Shown one piece after another: positions 1 to 12,780 of a stretch of DNA of 64,000 bases. The stretch is from Eledone cirrhosa (Eukaryota). Position 1 is the stretch's first letter. The number at the start of each line of letters is the position of its first letter. The notes beneath the pieces were generated by a model. It worked only from the letters and a program-made list of their open reading frames with translations. It did no database searches and was not told where the DNA came from. The stretch lies in assembly GCA_964016885.1 (NCBI GenBank), contig OZ024743.1:163804001-163868000 (forward strand), read 5' to 3'. Both the position numbers and the translations under genes were made by a program.

Positions 1-36
1 AGAATATCAGATAGAATGCTTTGCAGTATTCGTTTC

Positions 37-71
<35 letters not shown>

Positions 72-194
72 CAAATCCCGCTAAGATCAACTTTGCCTTT
101 CATCCATTCAAGGTCAATAAAAAAGTACCAGTTTAGTAATGGGGTCAATTCTTTTTCTATATCTCTTTATCACTACTATTCTTTCACTCACTCT

Positions 195-1575
195 CTATTC
201 TTCTTCTTCACCCACTTATTCCTGAGAGAGTCATGGGGGCAGAGTCCTCAAACACTCCTTCCAGCAGGTCCTGTCAGAAGCAACCGTCTCCAACTGATCT
301 GGCTGGATCCTCAAGCGTGACCAGTCAAGTTCATGGATGTTATCCAACCATCTTGCTCTGGGTCTCCTGCCGGTTGGTTTTGCCAATAAAATCTGTCCAG
401 CGATTCTTTCCTGAAACATTCTGATCACATGTCCATAGTATCGAAGCTGTGATCTCTCAATCCGGAGAAGTAGCAGCTCTACCTGGAGAGACTCTCTGAT
501 CTCCGAGTTACGCATTTTATAGAGTAACGTTATTCCAAAGACCCTTCAGAGGAATCTAGTTTCGGCCGCTTGTATTCACAATCTTTCGGTCATTACCCAA
601 GATTCATGACCAAAGGTAAGGGTTGGCACGAAAACCGAATTGTTGATAGCGAGTTTGGCTTTTACACCTACCTCCCTTCTTCTGATTACTGAATTCTGAA
701 GCTGGCGCATTACTGCACCAGATTTTACGATTCTTGCATTTAATTCAGTCTCCTACCTTCCATGGACCTCCATTCAGTGGAACTCCATTCACATGTAGCA
801 GGTACTGTGCGGGCTTCCTTGAGAGGACAAGTGTCTCATTTTGCAGCACTGATCTTCATTCCAGCCATGCAGCACTCGGCATCAAACCTATCAAGTGTAA
901 GTTGAAGATCATCTTCCGTCAAGTTAAGTAACACCGTGTCTGCAAATTCCAGCTGACTGATTTTACACCTGCCACTTATGATACCACTTCCAGCCTGGCT
1001 GTGCATATCAATCCTGTTTGTGTAAATAATGAACAGGTGAGGTGACAGTATGCACCCTTGGCTGAGTCTGACTCCTACATTGAATGGTTTTGACTTAGCA
1101 CTGTTTATCCAAACACAAATATTCAAGTATTTGTATAGAGACATCAGGGCAGCAGGAAGCTGACCGTCAATTCCATACTCCTGCACAGCCTTCCACAGTA
1201 GGCCCCGTGGAACACAGTCATATGCCTTTTCAAGGTCAACAAAACATGAATATACTTCTTGGCAATACTCCCACGATTTCTCGAATACCCGCCACAGTTT
1301 GAATATTTGGTCAGCTGTGCTGCGTTCGGGTGAAAACCACACTGTTCATCAACTAGCTTGGGCTCGACTATCCCCCTGCATTTCATTGCCAGACACTTAG
1401 CATAGACTTTACTGAGGAGGCTTAACAAGGAGATTCCTCTGTAATTGGAACAATCTCTTTGTTTCCCTTTTTGAAAATTGGGATTATAACTTCTGATTGC
1501 CATTGCTTAGGTTCCTTTTCTAGTGATACAGGCCACCTGGCACACATAAGTCAACCATAAGTCAACCATAAGCCA
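195..1575 (-). mobile_element. Decayed, 5'-truncated RTE-clade LINE (RT region to 3' end, (GAA)n-type tail)
   Basis: Minus-strand ORF pieces: NYRGISLLSLLSKVY, FVDLEKAYDCVPR, QGCILSPHLF, EFADT (degenerate YADD), QLRYYGHVIRM...RPRARWLD; frameshifts; (TTC)n at ~197-210. Confidence 0.9.
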
Positions 1576-4500
1576 CCTGGCACACATAAGTCAAAAATGA
1601 ATGTGTAGGACGTGTGAAGGTACCTAGTTTTCTGGTTAGTCTGTTGTCTCATGAGTGTAAATTTGTGAGTTCAATTCTTGGCAGTCTGTTATGTCCTTCC
1701 TGCAAGTCATTCTATTTCACATTGCTTCAAACCACTCTTTTGGTAAAAAGTAAACTGTATTTGTAATTCAAAAGGACAGTCTTCCTTGTCATATATACAC
1801 TGTGTCATGCTGAATCTCTTTGAGAACTATGTTAAGGATACATGTATCTGTGGAATGCTTGGCCACTTGCATGTTAATTTGACAATGGAAAAATTGAGAG
1901 ACTTGTTATCAGAATCAACAGAGTAGAGAGTGAGTTAGAAAAAACAATAGAATTCAGAACAAAATGTTGTGCCATATCTAGTTATGTCACTGTATCTTTT
2001 CAGATGAAAATACTGCTGGGATTATGTCATCTCACTATGATCCCTGAGATATTAAAATATAATAATATTCCAAGCAGAATGGGTGCCAGAATACTTAGCT
2101 CTCTAATGTACACACTTATATCCCAAATAAAATAATTTCACAAGTTATTGAACCTAGTTTTTGACATTTCTTTCTCTGACCACATTAAGAAAATTACTCA
2201 GCCTGCATTTTCCACTACACAATCCACACTCATTTCAAATCATGTGAAGTCATAACATCATATGACCCCTTAGGTGTTTACTATCCAGCATGGCCACAGT
2301 TTGAGTTTATTGTTCATCAGGTAAATTACATTATATAATATTAGCTATTAAAAACTATGAATAGATTTTGTTTTATCTTGTACTTTTCTTCATTTGAACC
2401 AGGATTCACATGACCTAATGGTGATGACAGATTTAATAGGAGCAAAGGGGGCAATTCCCCACTCCTGCAGTGGGGAGGGGCTCCTCCAGCGACAGCCATA
2501 GCAATTTATTCATGCCGTCTGCTGGACTTTTCAGTCTTATCCCTTTGACAACGAGAACTATATTTTTAACAAAAAGTATTTAAATTCATCAAATTTTTTC
2601 AACGTTAGAGATGTCAGAACAATATTCTGATAAAAAGTATTTGATGTCACTCTGTAAAGTAGTTGTGTTGGTATCACAAAAACAATGCACTCAGTAAACA
2701 CTCTAAAGTGGTTATGTTAGGAAGGGCATCCAGCCACAGAAACCATGAAACCATACCAAATGTGTAATGAATTAACAAGATGATGTCGCTCTGGTCTCGG
2801 ACTGTGACAACCCATCCAACACATGTTAGTGTGGAAAGTGGGCGTTATTACTTGCGCCAAACTTTGATATGTAAAATTGGGGGTTTGGTATGTATTCTAT
2901 TTTTTTGTGTATGGGGGTCCTCCCCCCACAAAAAACCTGAATGCCCCAGACCTACTAAGGTCTGAATTCAGCCCTGGGTGATGATATTTAACTCATAATG
3001 ATAAGGTCATGGCTTCAGTTTCTGAACAGGGTAGCATGTTGTATTCTTGAGCAAGATGCTTCATATGTTGATTTTCATGATAGGGCTAGAGCTCACAATC
3101 ATTTAAAAATGAGATAAAACCTTGTGTGAGCTGTAAATTTTATTTCTTCATTTTCTGAGGTTAGGCCTTGTGTCAATATAACATTGACCAACCCTTGTTA
3201 GCAAGGAAAACTTATGTTAAATGATGATGATGACTCCATGAATCGTGGTTTCTTCTTCCTTTCTCTCCACCCACAATAACAGAAACACAACAGGTACTTA
3301 GTGCTGCTCTTCATCCTCTAACATATAAAAATGAAAAACAAAATCTAGTCATGGACTGGGAGATTTTAAAGGGTTTTTTTTATTATAAACATGCACAGTT
3401 ACACAGGAAATTAACTTTGCATGGGGGCCCCTGGCTGAAGATTTTCAACAGGGCCTTTGCATCAAAAAATTATCAACAAAAGATTATTTCTAAGTCCTTT
3501 AAGTACTATTTAGCCCTGGGTACAGTTCATTAACCCCCCCACCCCACCCCCCCACACACACACACACACTTTTAATCTTCTACTGCAGTTCCAAGTCAGA
3601 AGGATCTTTGTTTACAAATATCACTTCCTGCAATGTCGAATGCAAAAAGAAAAGTGGGGGACACACGTGTGCGTGTATATAACAGACTTCCTTACAGTTG
3701 CATCTGCCAAGTCCACTCCTAAGGCTATAGTCTAAGACACTTGCCCAAAATGTCATACAGTGAAAACCTAAGACTATATGGTTGCAAAGAAAACTTCTTA
3801 ACAACACAACACAGCCATATACTTATATATATATATATATATACCCCTCTCTCTCTATATATATATGTGTGTGTGTATACCCCTCTCTCTCTATATATAT
3901 ATATATCTGTGCATACATATATACCTGTGTGTGTGTGTGTATTTGTTTGTTATCATAAAACAGATAGATAAGGCTTATCTTAAGAATTAAACACACTTCA
4001 AGGTAAATATTAAACAAAGAAACCTCTGCATAGTTGTTCAACATGCTAAAAATTACTGACAGATCTTCTTTAAATGACACCCTATCATCTTCAAAATTGA
4101 AACACTAAAAGATAATGTAGCCCATGGTACATTATGCTTGACAAAAAATTGGAGGGTCATAATTTAAACAGCTTTGATCATTATAGGTCTTTTCAACCAG
4201 AGCTGACCTAGAGCTAAACAATAACAACTATTACAGGGATCCTTCAAAATATGAAGGGTGTTTAGAACAGGGGTCTGAAACTCAAGGCTCAAAAGGGCCA
4301 TTAAGTCTTGCGGGAGAGGCACAGTGAGCTAAATGTGAGATGAGGTGGGCTGGGCATGATTTCCATCACTTACAGTGCTAACCTTCAATACAGCTGATAG
4401 GCTGCTATTTATTTTTCCATCAAAATGAATACACTTATGATAGTAAGTGGGATATGTGAATCAGTACAAAATATAGGGGAAGAAATTTTCTTTAAACCTC

Positions 4501-4964
4501 TAAACTGGCCATATCCAGCCAGAATTCTCTCACCTCTTTCTGTTTAAACCAGCAGTAACTGGCCACTCATACCTATGTTAAGGTATTGTTCTCAAAATAA
4601 ATATCAAAATCTCATAGATTCGATATTATGTGAGATAATTATATGAGTTACAATCTTTACCACAAAAATATAGTAGTAAATATAGAGTAATGTAACTATT
4701 AAAGGTTTAATTTTGTTTTTACTTATAGTAAATTCACTTTTTCCCCCCGTTTTCACTTTTGATAAATTCCAATTTTTTTCATTTTATTGTATTTCATTGG
4801 TAAAAAATACTATAAATTGTACTATAAATATTATTAAAACAGGGACAAATTTTAAGAAAATATTAATCATGAAAATTGTTCTGCCATAGGCCATAGAAAA
4901 ATAGTTTGCAGACCACATGCGAACCTAGTTTACTAAGACTTTGGAATAGTGTTATTTCTTGTGT

Positions 4965-5225
4965 GATGGTGCGTGGATTAGTGGTGAGGGTGTTCAGCAG
5001 CTCATGATCATAAGGTTGTGAATTGAATTCCTGGTGGCCATGTTGTGTCCTTGATCAAGACACTTTATTCCACATTTCTCCAGTTCACTCAGCTGGCAAA
5101 AGTGAATTGAACTTGTAATTCAAAAGGCTAGCCTTGTCACACTGATCTCCTTCAGAACTATATCTAGGGTGAAATGATCAATCACTTGCACATTAATTTC
5201 ACAAGCAGACTGTTCCGGCAGAGTT
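4965..5225 (+). mobile_element. tRNA-derived SINE (CORE-like central segment), degenerate
   Basis: A-box-like TGGATTAGTGG, B-box-like GAATTCC, then GTGTCCTTGATCAAGACACTT; similar copies at ~1625-1930 and 54728-55045. Confidence 0.7.
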
Positions 5226-5941
5226 ACAGCACTCATACACACACATTTCTCTAATCTATGAGTACATATGACCTCTTGTATTAACATGCTGAAGTTATTT
5301 CTCCAATGGACTTTGCTATTATGAAATTGATAATACTTTGAAAGAGATCCAGCTATTATATAATTTTATGCTTGATAGAGGATATAAATGTGTGAGTATA
5401 AGCTTTTCAAAAGCATCTGACAAGAGTTTCAACTGAAGTGGTGGTGGCAGTGGGAATAAGATTTAGACACATTGTGTAATATATTAATGGCGGTGGTGAT
5501 GGTGGCGGTATGTTTTGTAATATATTTGTGGTGATGGTGGAGGCGGTGGTATATATATATATATATATGGTAACCACGGTGATGGCAGTAATAACCTATT
5601 TTGTAATATATTCATAGTGATGACAGAGGTGGCAGTATATTTTATAAAAAAGGATGTGGTGACGGTGGCGACAGTATATTTTGTAATATGTATGTGGTGA
5701 CGGTGGCGACAGTATATTTTATAATATGTATGTCATGTCAGTGGTGGCAGTATATTTTGTAATATGTATGTGGTGACGGTGGCGACAGTATATTTTATAA
5801 TATGTATGTCATGTCAGTGGTGGCAGTATATTTTGTAATACATTCATGCTGACGGTGGAGGTGGTGGGGGAAGTGGAAGTGATGGTGGCGGCATTGGCAG
5901 CAGAGTTGGTGGCGATGTCAGTGTGTTAGATCCAATATATA

Positions 5942-6036
5942 TATAGAATGTCCCACAAAAATGTATGCACCTGTACAGGCAATATTTATTAGAATGCTGT
6001 TGAAGTGTGTATACATTTTTTTAAACACACCCTGTA
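5942..6036. mobile_element. Very short Tc1/mariner-like MITE remnant
   Basis: Imperfect inverted ends TATAGAATGTCCCACAAAAATGTATGCAC ... GTGTATACATTTTTTTAAACACACCCTGTA (reverse complement begins TACAGGGTG), in TA context. Confidence 0.4.
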
Positions 6037-6249
6037 AACATATGTATATATATATATATATATATGTAATATACAATGTTACATTGATAAACTATGTAAC
6101 AGATCTGGCTCAGCCAAAATTAGCCATGGCTCATTCTTTCTTATCAAGCTGTTCAAAGCTATTGTGTTAAAAATTCAAGGCTGTCTCTTATCAAGTTTCA
6201 CTCATGGTGAATTGCTTCTTATGGTGGAAGGGGCACATATATGTATGTA

Positions 6250-6300
<51 letters not shown>

Positions 6301-6899
6301 ATGTGTGTGTATGTATATGCATATACATTACATATACATATATATGTGTGCGTGTTTCTTTTTTGTGTGCATTTATATGAATATATATACATATATATCT
6401 ATGTGTGTGTGTTTGTGTGTGTATATATACACACACACACACACACGTTTTCCCTGCTTGCGAGGGTTGGACGAGTTTTCAGAGACCAAGTCACTAAATT
6501 GAAAATATTGATCTCTCATGACTAGGGTCCCTGCATTTTGTAAACATACATTCCCACACTTGACAGAGTGCATTTTATCATGGCACCAGTACTAGAGATG
6601 TTGTCATGCCCTTGACACAATTGACGAGTCCTCCTAACTCTTTGTTTGGCAAGTTTTCTGTGACTGCATGCCCTTCCTATCACCATCCACCTCACAGGTT
6701 GTACTAGGTGCATTTTATCATGGCACCTGTATTACTGTACTAGGTGTGCTTTATTCTAGCACCAGCACTAAAGAGGTTGTTGCATGTTCATGCAGACTAA
6801 TGAGTTCTCTCAAACCCTATATTGTCGCTGTTTGATCAACAACATTGTAGCCTCAGGTCTCTCACCATGTTAGTCACAGTATTTATACTGATAAATGGG

Positions 6900-7235
6900 C
6901 CTTTTGTATTTTAGCTTATCACTCATCAACTTTATCCTGTGTCATCTCCTTTGTGAGGTTCAGTTTCTTGAGATAATTCTTCACAACTTCAATCCAAGTC
7001 TTCCTTAGTCTCCATTTTCCACAGGTTCTATCCACTTCAAGCACTTGGCACCTTTTTATACAACCTTTGCTCTCCTTACACATCATTTCTCCTTTCCTCA
7101 GCTTTTCTCTCAGTTCACTTGTTCTCTATCAGTCATGTACACAATCATTACACATCTGGTGAAGCATGCATGCTTTATTTCTTTATAGCCACTGCAGTTT
7201 GTCTGCACTCACGGTCCATGTCTCACTGCCATACA
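6900..7235 (-). mobile_element. Old RTE LINE 3' fragment
   Basis: Resembles the LHGSETW / RPRKTWDEVV region of other RTE copies in the window, heavily decayed. Confidence 0.6.
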
Positions 7236-7765
7236 GTTGAAGTAGAGTAACATTAACTACAAAATTTCAAGATGCCTCATATTATCCACCAAACCCTATT
7301 AAGGTGAACAGTTGAATGCAACCTCTGATCATTAGAAGTATTGGAGATTATAACCCGGAATGACTTAATAGACTCCAGGCATGACTCAAATTTTAACTGC
7401 TCACATAATACACTAAAACCATTTTCTAAGTACAGTGCATCTACCACCTAATGAACTAAATTCTACACCCCAATCAACTACAACTCTCTTCTTAGCTACA
7501 TTCTATTTCCAGCAAACCAGTCCCACTGATCTCCAAAACCCATACACTAAAAACCTGATTTATTCCCTAGCAACACATACGCATCCAGAATGCTTGAAAT
7601 AAAGATGAATAGCTCTCTGCCCAGAATGCTCATAAAATCCACACTGATAATAATATCATAAGGATATAATTTTATTAAAGAAATCCCATCTACACAAGCC
7701 GAACTCATGAGCTCTCCATATACAACTTATATACATAAAATCCTATCAAAGTGACATATAATTGT

Positions 7766-7954
7766 TTCTACTTTTGGCACAAGGCCAGTAATTATCCCAG
7801 TGCATTACTGGTACTTTATTTTATCGACTCTGTAAGGATGAAAGGCAAAGTTAACCTCGGCGGGATTAACTTTGCCGTTCATCCTTACGGGGTTGATAAA
7901 ATAAAGCACCAGTAATGCACTGGGATAATTGCTGGCCTTGTACCAAAAGTAGAA
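7766..7954. repeat. Inverted duplication of a SINE 3' half forming a 189-bp hairpin
   Basis: Arms 7766-7854 and 7866-7954 (89 bp each) differ at 7 positions; 11-nt spacer; arm sequence is the CTTTGCC-TTCATCCTT-GATAAAATAAAG-ACCAG SINE segment also seen at 26680-26800 and 53920-53975. Confidence 0.9.
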
Positions 7955-9264
7955 TAATATAGGCGTAACTCTATGCTGCAAAGCATGGCATACGACCCTC
8001 TACCAATACTGCCAAAAGCAACATATAATATATCACAGATACCTCTTAGAATTTGTTACCCTGACAAGGGTCACAATAAATTCCCACCCTTCTTTATAAC
8101 AAAATAGCTTTTGAATAAAACACTATTAACGAATCGCACACAGATACACATGATAAGCCATTTGAACTTATAGAGTCCCACACAGACAACATGTTGCCTA
8201 CAAATGGTTTGAACACATATCCATGACACTAATAATTTAACAATTGGAAGATAATTTCAACTTTATTAACATTGAAGTATACTTATTAACATATTAGGTA
8301 TTTTAACTATAATTATATTAACTGTAAGTAATTTAGTACTGCTGTTGCAATTGGATACACATAGCCACTTACTTAAAATAAAATGAATGTACAACGATCG
8401 GATTACAGTCACTACCTAGACCGTCCCATCAATCCTCAAGCATTGATTGGTCAACTACCTATAAAACCTATCTCCCACCCACACAGGTAATACCACTTGG
8501 CACAAAATGAAGTAATCCATTGCATAACAATTCAGATTCCATAAGCTAAGAATTTTTTTGCTGTATTGAAACACGTGTTACAATTATTAATAATTATTTA
8601 TAAATGAAATATTGAATATCAACATCTCTGCCTCGTAATTTTTTTTTAACTTATGTTTAATATACATATATATATATTTATGTGTGTATGTTTGTATATA
8701 TATATATACATATATACATACATATATATACACACACACACACATATATATATATAAATGTAAGTATGGGTTATATCGAATAATAATAATATTCGATTCG
8801 TTTGCAATCATCAAGAGGAAGTGTGAGTGTACTTGAAATTAACAGTAATTATTTAAAAACTCAAATGAAAGGAATAGCTGTTAAAACAGTCGAATGCTGT
8901 AAATGACAATAACATGTAAGTCAGGTAAAAATACTCCTGAGGACAGAAATCAGTGACTAGTAGTTGGTAAAGAGAAAGGTAAAGTTGTGAGGTGAGTGCC
9001 AGGCAGATAAAACAAAGATGTTTGTGAGAGGGGTGTGTTGGCACTAACTAGTGACAAGTGATGAGTAAATAAGAAAGAAAGAAAGCAAGACAAATGGAGA
9101 TTAGGGTTACAATAAGGGTCAAGATTAAAGTTATAAATGATACAAAAATAACAAATGCATCTGACCTCATCCACTTTCAATCTGACCTGCAGATTTTGCA
9201 CAAATTAATTGAGAACCACAATGTTTTTATGCCAGCTCATGCAACAGAAAATAAAGATTTCTGC

Positions 9265-9815
9265 TGTTTATTTGTTAATTGTCAAAGTTCTTTCGTCACA
9301 CATTCTGTGAGTACTTTGTTACTTTGTGTCTCTTTGTTCTGTCTTACACCATCTTGTCTTTATGAGCTGTGCACGTGTTACATCCATGTTTGTGTGTGTT
9401 TTTCCTCTCTCTCTACTCTCCTTCTTGTCACTAATTAGTTGTTATCCTAATTTTTGTATTCTATGTGGGTGTGTGTGGTAGGGGAGGGGGTCTGTCAATG
9501 TATTTTATTAGTTTTGTTCTTGTGTCTTTATATTGTCCTTAGACACTATGTTGTGAGGTTGTTAATATTGCATGTGTGCTTTCTATTTGATGCATCTGTT
9601 CCGTGTATAGATATCTACACACCAAACAGATGCAATGCTCTGACAGATTACAAAAGTTACAAACATAAATGAACTCTGACCAAAATTAAGCAGAAAGCAC
9701 AACCCTACAACATAGTGTCTAAGTACAATATAAAAACACATAAAACTGGTGTAAGACAGAACAAAGAGGAGGCAGAATGTGTGACAAAAGAGCTTTGATA
9801 ATTAACAACTAAACA
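9265..9815. mobile_element. Foldback/MITE-like element with nested inverted repeats
   Basis: TTGTTAATTGTCAAAGTTCTTTCGTCACACATTCTG vs CAGAATGTGTGACAAAAGAGCTTTGATAATTAACAA; TCTTTGTTCTGTCTTACACC vs GGTGTAAGACAGAACAAAGA; AGACACTATGTTG vs CAACATAGTGTCT. Confidence 0.7.
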
Positions 9816-9989
9816 AACATCCAGTTATTAAACTAACCAATGGAAAATTATAATAATAAATTGAAGCTCAACTGGTGCATATGTTTTTATTAGCAGCATG
9901 ACCCAGCCAAAGTGTGACAATATCTGTTTCAAGACACGTTTTCACTTCAACAATCTTCCACAAATACAAAAACAAAGTGTGCGTGTGTA

Positions 9990-11345
9990 TCATCATCATA
10001 GTTTTTATGTCCACTTTTCTATGCTTGCATGGGTTGGATGGGTCCTTTTCAGTACAGTATCTCTCCACATGTCACTTTGCTTCATCAACCTCTCTGTGAG
10101 TCTCAGTGATTTGAGGTCAGCTCTCACAACCTCTGCCCAGGTCATTTTTGGTCTACCTCTACTGTGGCCTCCTTCCACTGGCATTTCTTCACCCAACGAT
10201 CATTGTCCATGTGCATCACATGTCCAAACCAACACAGTCTTCTCTCCTGCACATTATTTTGGATTCTTCTTCAATCCAGCTTCTCCCTCAGTTCATCCAA
10301 GCTCTGCCTTTCTCTTACACTTACATTGCACATCCAACGAAACATGGCTGCTTCATTTCTCTCCAGTCTATGCATGTCTTCTGCAGTCACAGCCCATGTT
10401 TCACTACTATGCAGCATTTCACTTTACACACAGGCGACATACAGTTGTCCCTTTGTACAAAGGGAGAAACCTTTTGACAACAACAGTTGGAGTAGCTATC
10501 TGAATTTTTTCCATCCTATCCTTATTCTAGCTATTATGCTCTCAGTGCACCCTCTTCCATTGCTAATTACGTTGCCTAGATAGTAGAAGTTACCAACCAC
10601 TTCTATGGGTCCTTCCTGTGACTGGAATAGGCTAACATTACTACTTATCTTCCACTTGGTTACTCCTGTGCTTCCTCTATAAACAGTCTTCCCTTCCTAT
10701 TAACTTATTCATTATCTCACTTCATCTCTTGTGTACCCAAGATTTAGATTGTGTACATTGTATGGAGTTTATGCCTACTCCCTTTCTACATATTGAGCAG
10801 GGCCACTTCCCTGAAGGAATCAGGGTCCTATCTTCTCTCCTACTCACTAGCACTTTAATTTTGGCTAAGTTTACTCTTAGATCTCTTGATTCTAAATTTT
10901 GTTTCCATAGTCGGAACTTATTTTCTCGGTCTTTAATGGATTTGGCTATACGGACCAAATCATTTGAATAGAGAAGTTGCCATGGGCAGCCTGTCTTAAA
11001 CTCCTGTTATAACTTGGAGAACTATAATGAATAGTAGTGGGATAAGAATCAAACGTTGATGAACTATAACTTGTACCTTGAATTCCTCACTAAACTAATT
11101 TCCTACTGTCACTTTGCTGACAATTCTTCTGTACATAATTTGCACTCCTCTCACCAATCATTCTTCCACTCCTAAGGACCACCAGATAATCGAGGAGCTC
11201 TGTCAAAGGCTTTTTCTAGGTCAACAAAAGCTAGGTATAGTGGCTCATTTTGGGCTAAGAACTTCTCTTGTAGTTGCTTCACTAAAAAGATGTCTGTATG
11301 GAATGAAACCAAACTGCATCTCATCTAATTTGACTCTTTATGTTA
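9990..11345 (-). mobile_element. Decayed RTE LINE 3' half with (GAT)n tail
   Basis: Minus-strand pieces RVNLAKIKVL...KWPCSICRKGVGINSIQCTQ, GRPKMTWAEVVRADL; same family as the copy at 45.8-50.2 kb. Confidence 0.9.
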
Positions 11346-11357
11346 TATTTATATATA

Positions 11358-11395
11358 CTAGCAGAAAAACCGCCCTTCGGGTGGTTTTCTGCTGG
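11358..11395 (-). mobile_element. Helitron-like 3' terminus (hairpin + CTAG)
   Basis: Minus strand reads CCAGCAGAAAACCACCC-GAA-GGGCGGTTTTTCTG-CTAG-T: GC hairpin just upstream of CTAG followed by T. Confidence 0.55.
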
Positions 11396-11474
11396 CATTT
11401 GTAGTGAGCGTATTGATTTTATACACAAATATATATGCTTATAGATATATGTAAATTGAAAAGTAAATTGACAA

Positions 11475-12070
11475 TATCTTCTTCTTTGCCCATTTATTTC
11501 TGAGAAGGTCATGGGAGCAGAGTCCTCCTCAAACACTCTTTCCAGTTAGTCTGTCAGAAGCAAACATCTCTAACTGATCCAGCTGGATCCCAAAGCATGA
11601 CCAGCCAAGCTCATGGATGTTATCCAACTATCCTGCTGGTTGGTTTTGCCTGTAAAATCTGTCCAGCGATTCTTTCCTGAGACATTCTAACCACATGCCC
11701 ATAGCATCGGAGCTGTGATCTCTCAATCCGAAGAAGTAGCAGCTCAACCAGGAGTGACTCTCTGATCTCTGAGCTATGCCCTTTATTGAGTAACGTTACT
11801 CCAAAGACCCCTCTGAGGAACTTCATTTCTGCCGTTTGTATTTGCAATTGTATTCTTTCGTTCATGACCCTTAGTAAGGGTTGGCAGAAAAACCAAGAAG
11901 ACAGCGAGTTTCGCTTTTACACCTACCTCCATTCTTCTGATTACTGAATGCTGAAGCTGGCGCATTACTGCATCAGCTTTTATAATTCTTGGACTTAATT
12001 CAGCCTCCTGCATTCCATCACTCATGATTCTTGAACTTCTGCAGCTGCTTCAGTGGAACTCCATTCACAT
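11475..12070 (-). mobile_element. RTE LINE 3' fragment, same family as 195-1575 and 41955-42350
   Basis: LLLLRIERSQLRCYGHVVRMSQERIA; clear nucleotide similarity to 231-790. Confidence 0.9.
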
Positions 12071-12261
12071 GTATATAAATTTAAGCGACTTCTGTCCATC
12101 CGTCCATCACAAAATGTGTGTGTGTGTTTGTGTGAATGTATGTGTATGTCTCTAACTTATTCACGGTGACACATACACACATATATATATATGACACACA
12201 TCTCTAATTTTAAAATGCCGACAAACTCACACACACGCACATACTGTTCTATTACCACTGA

Positions 12262-12699
12262 AGAGCTTTGGCCCGGGCAAACATCCCCTCAATTTTGAAA
12301 CCGTCTGGGTTGTCCAGAATTGATGGGAAAATACCTGACGGTCTTACCCTGTCATCCTGATCAAGAGGCAGATGCCTTGTCTGGGACATCACAGTTAGTG
12401 ACTCTTTTGCTTCTTCCAACATCCTGGATGCAGCAGTAAGGCCTAGAGCCACAGCGTCCACAGCTGAGCAGAGCAGAATCCTAAAATACCTGTTGGCTAA
12501 CTACATTTTCCAGCCTGTGGCGTTCGAGACATTTGGGGAAGTCGGGCTACTGACTCCGAGATTCTTATCGTCACTGGCGGCTCCCCTAATAGAGGTAACT
12601 GGTGATGTTCATGAAGGCGCTTGGTTGTTCTAGTACCACAGCCTGGCCATCACCCCAGGTAACACTGCAAGTGTACTGGCTTGCCTCAAAAATTATTAG
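12262..12699 (+). pseudogene. Restriction-like (PD-D/ExK) endonuclease domain of a CRE-type non-LTR retrotransposon, 2 internal stops
   Basis: My translation of the + strand: RALARANIPSILKPSGLSRIDGKIPDGLTLSS*SRGRCLVWDITVSDSFA...KY...FQPVAFETFG...TGDVHEGAWLF*YHSLAITPGNTASVL. This fits the DGKRPDG..W..G..L.WD.T / P.A.ET.G / QRGNA pattern. Not in the ORF track because of the stops. Confidence 0.8.
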
Positions 12700-12780
12700 A
12701 GAGGTTTCCCAGTGCTCCCTGCGATATTATCTTTTGCTCTGGTAGTAGCTCACTGGTCCACCCTTTTCGCCTGCCTTTTG

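Noticed and set aside
6164-6573. ORFs rich in C/V/Y/I (also at 3741, 8587, 30723, 60136)
   Set aside because: Translations of (TG)n/(TA)n microsatellites.
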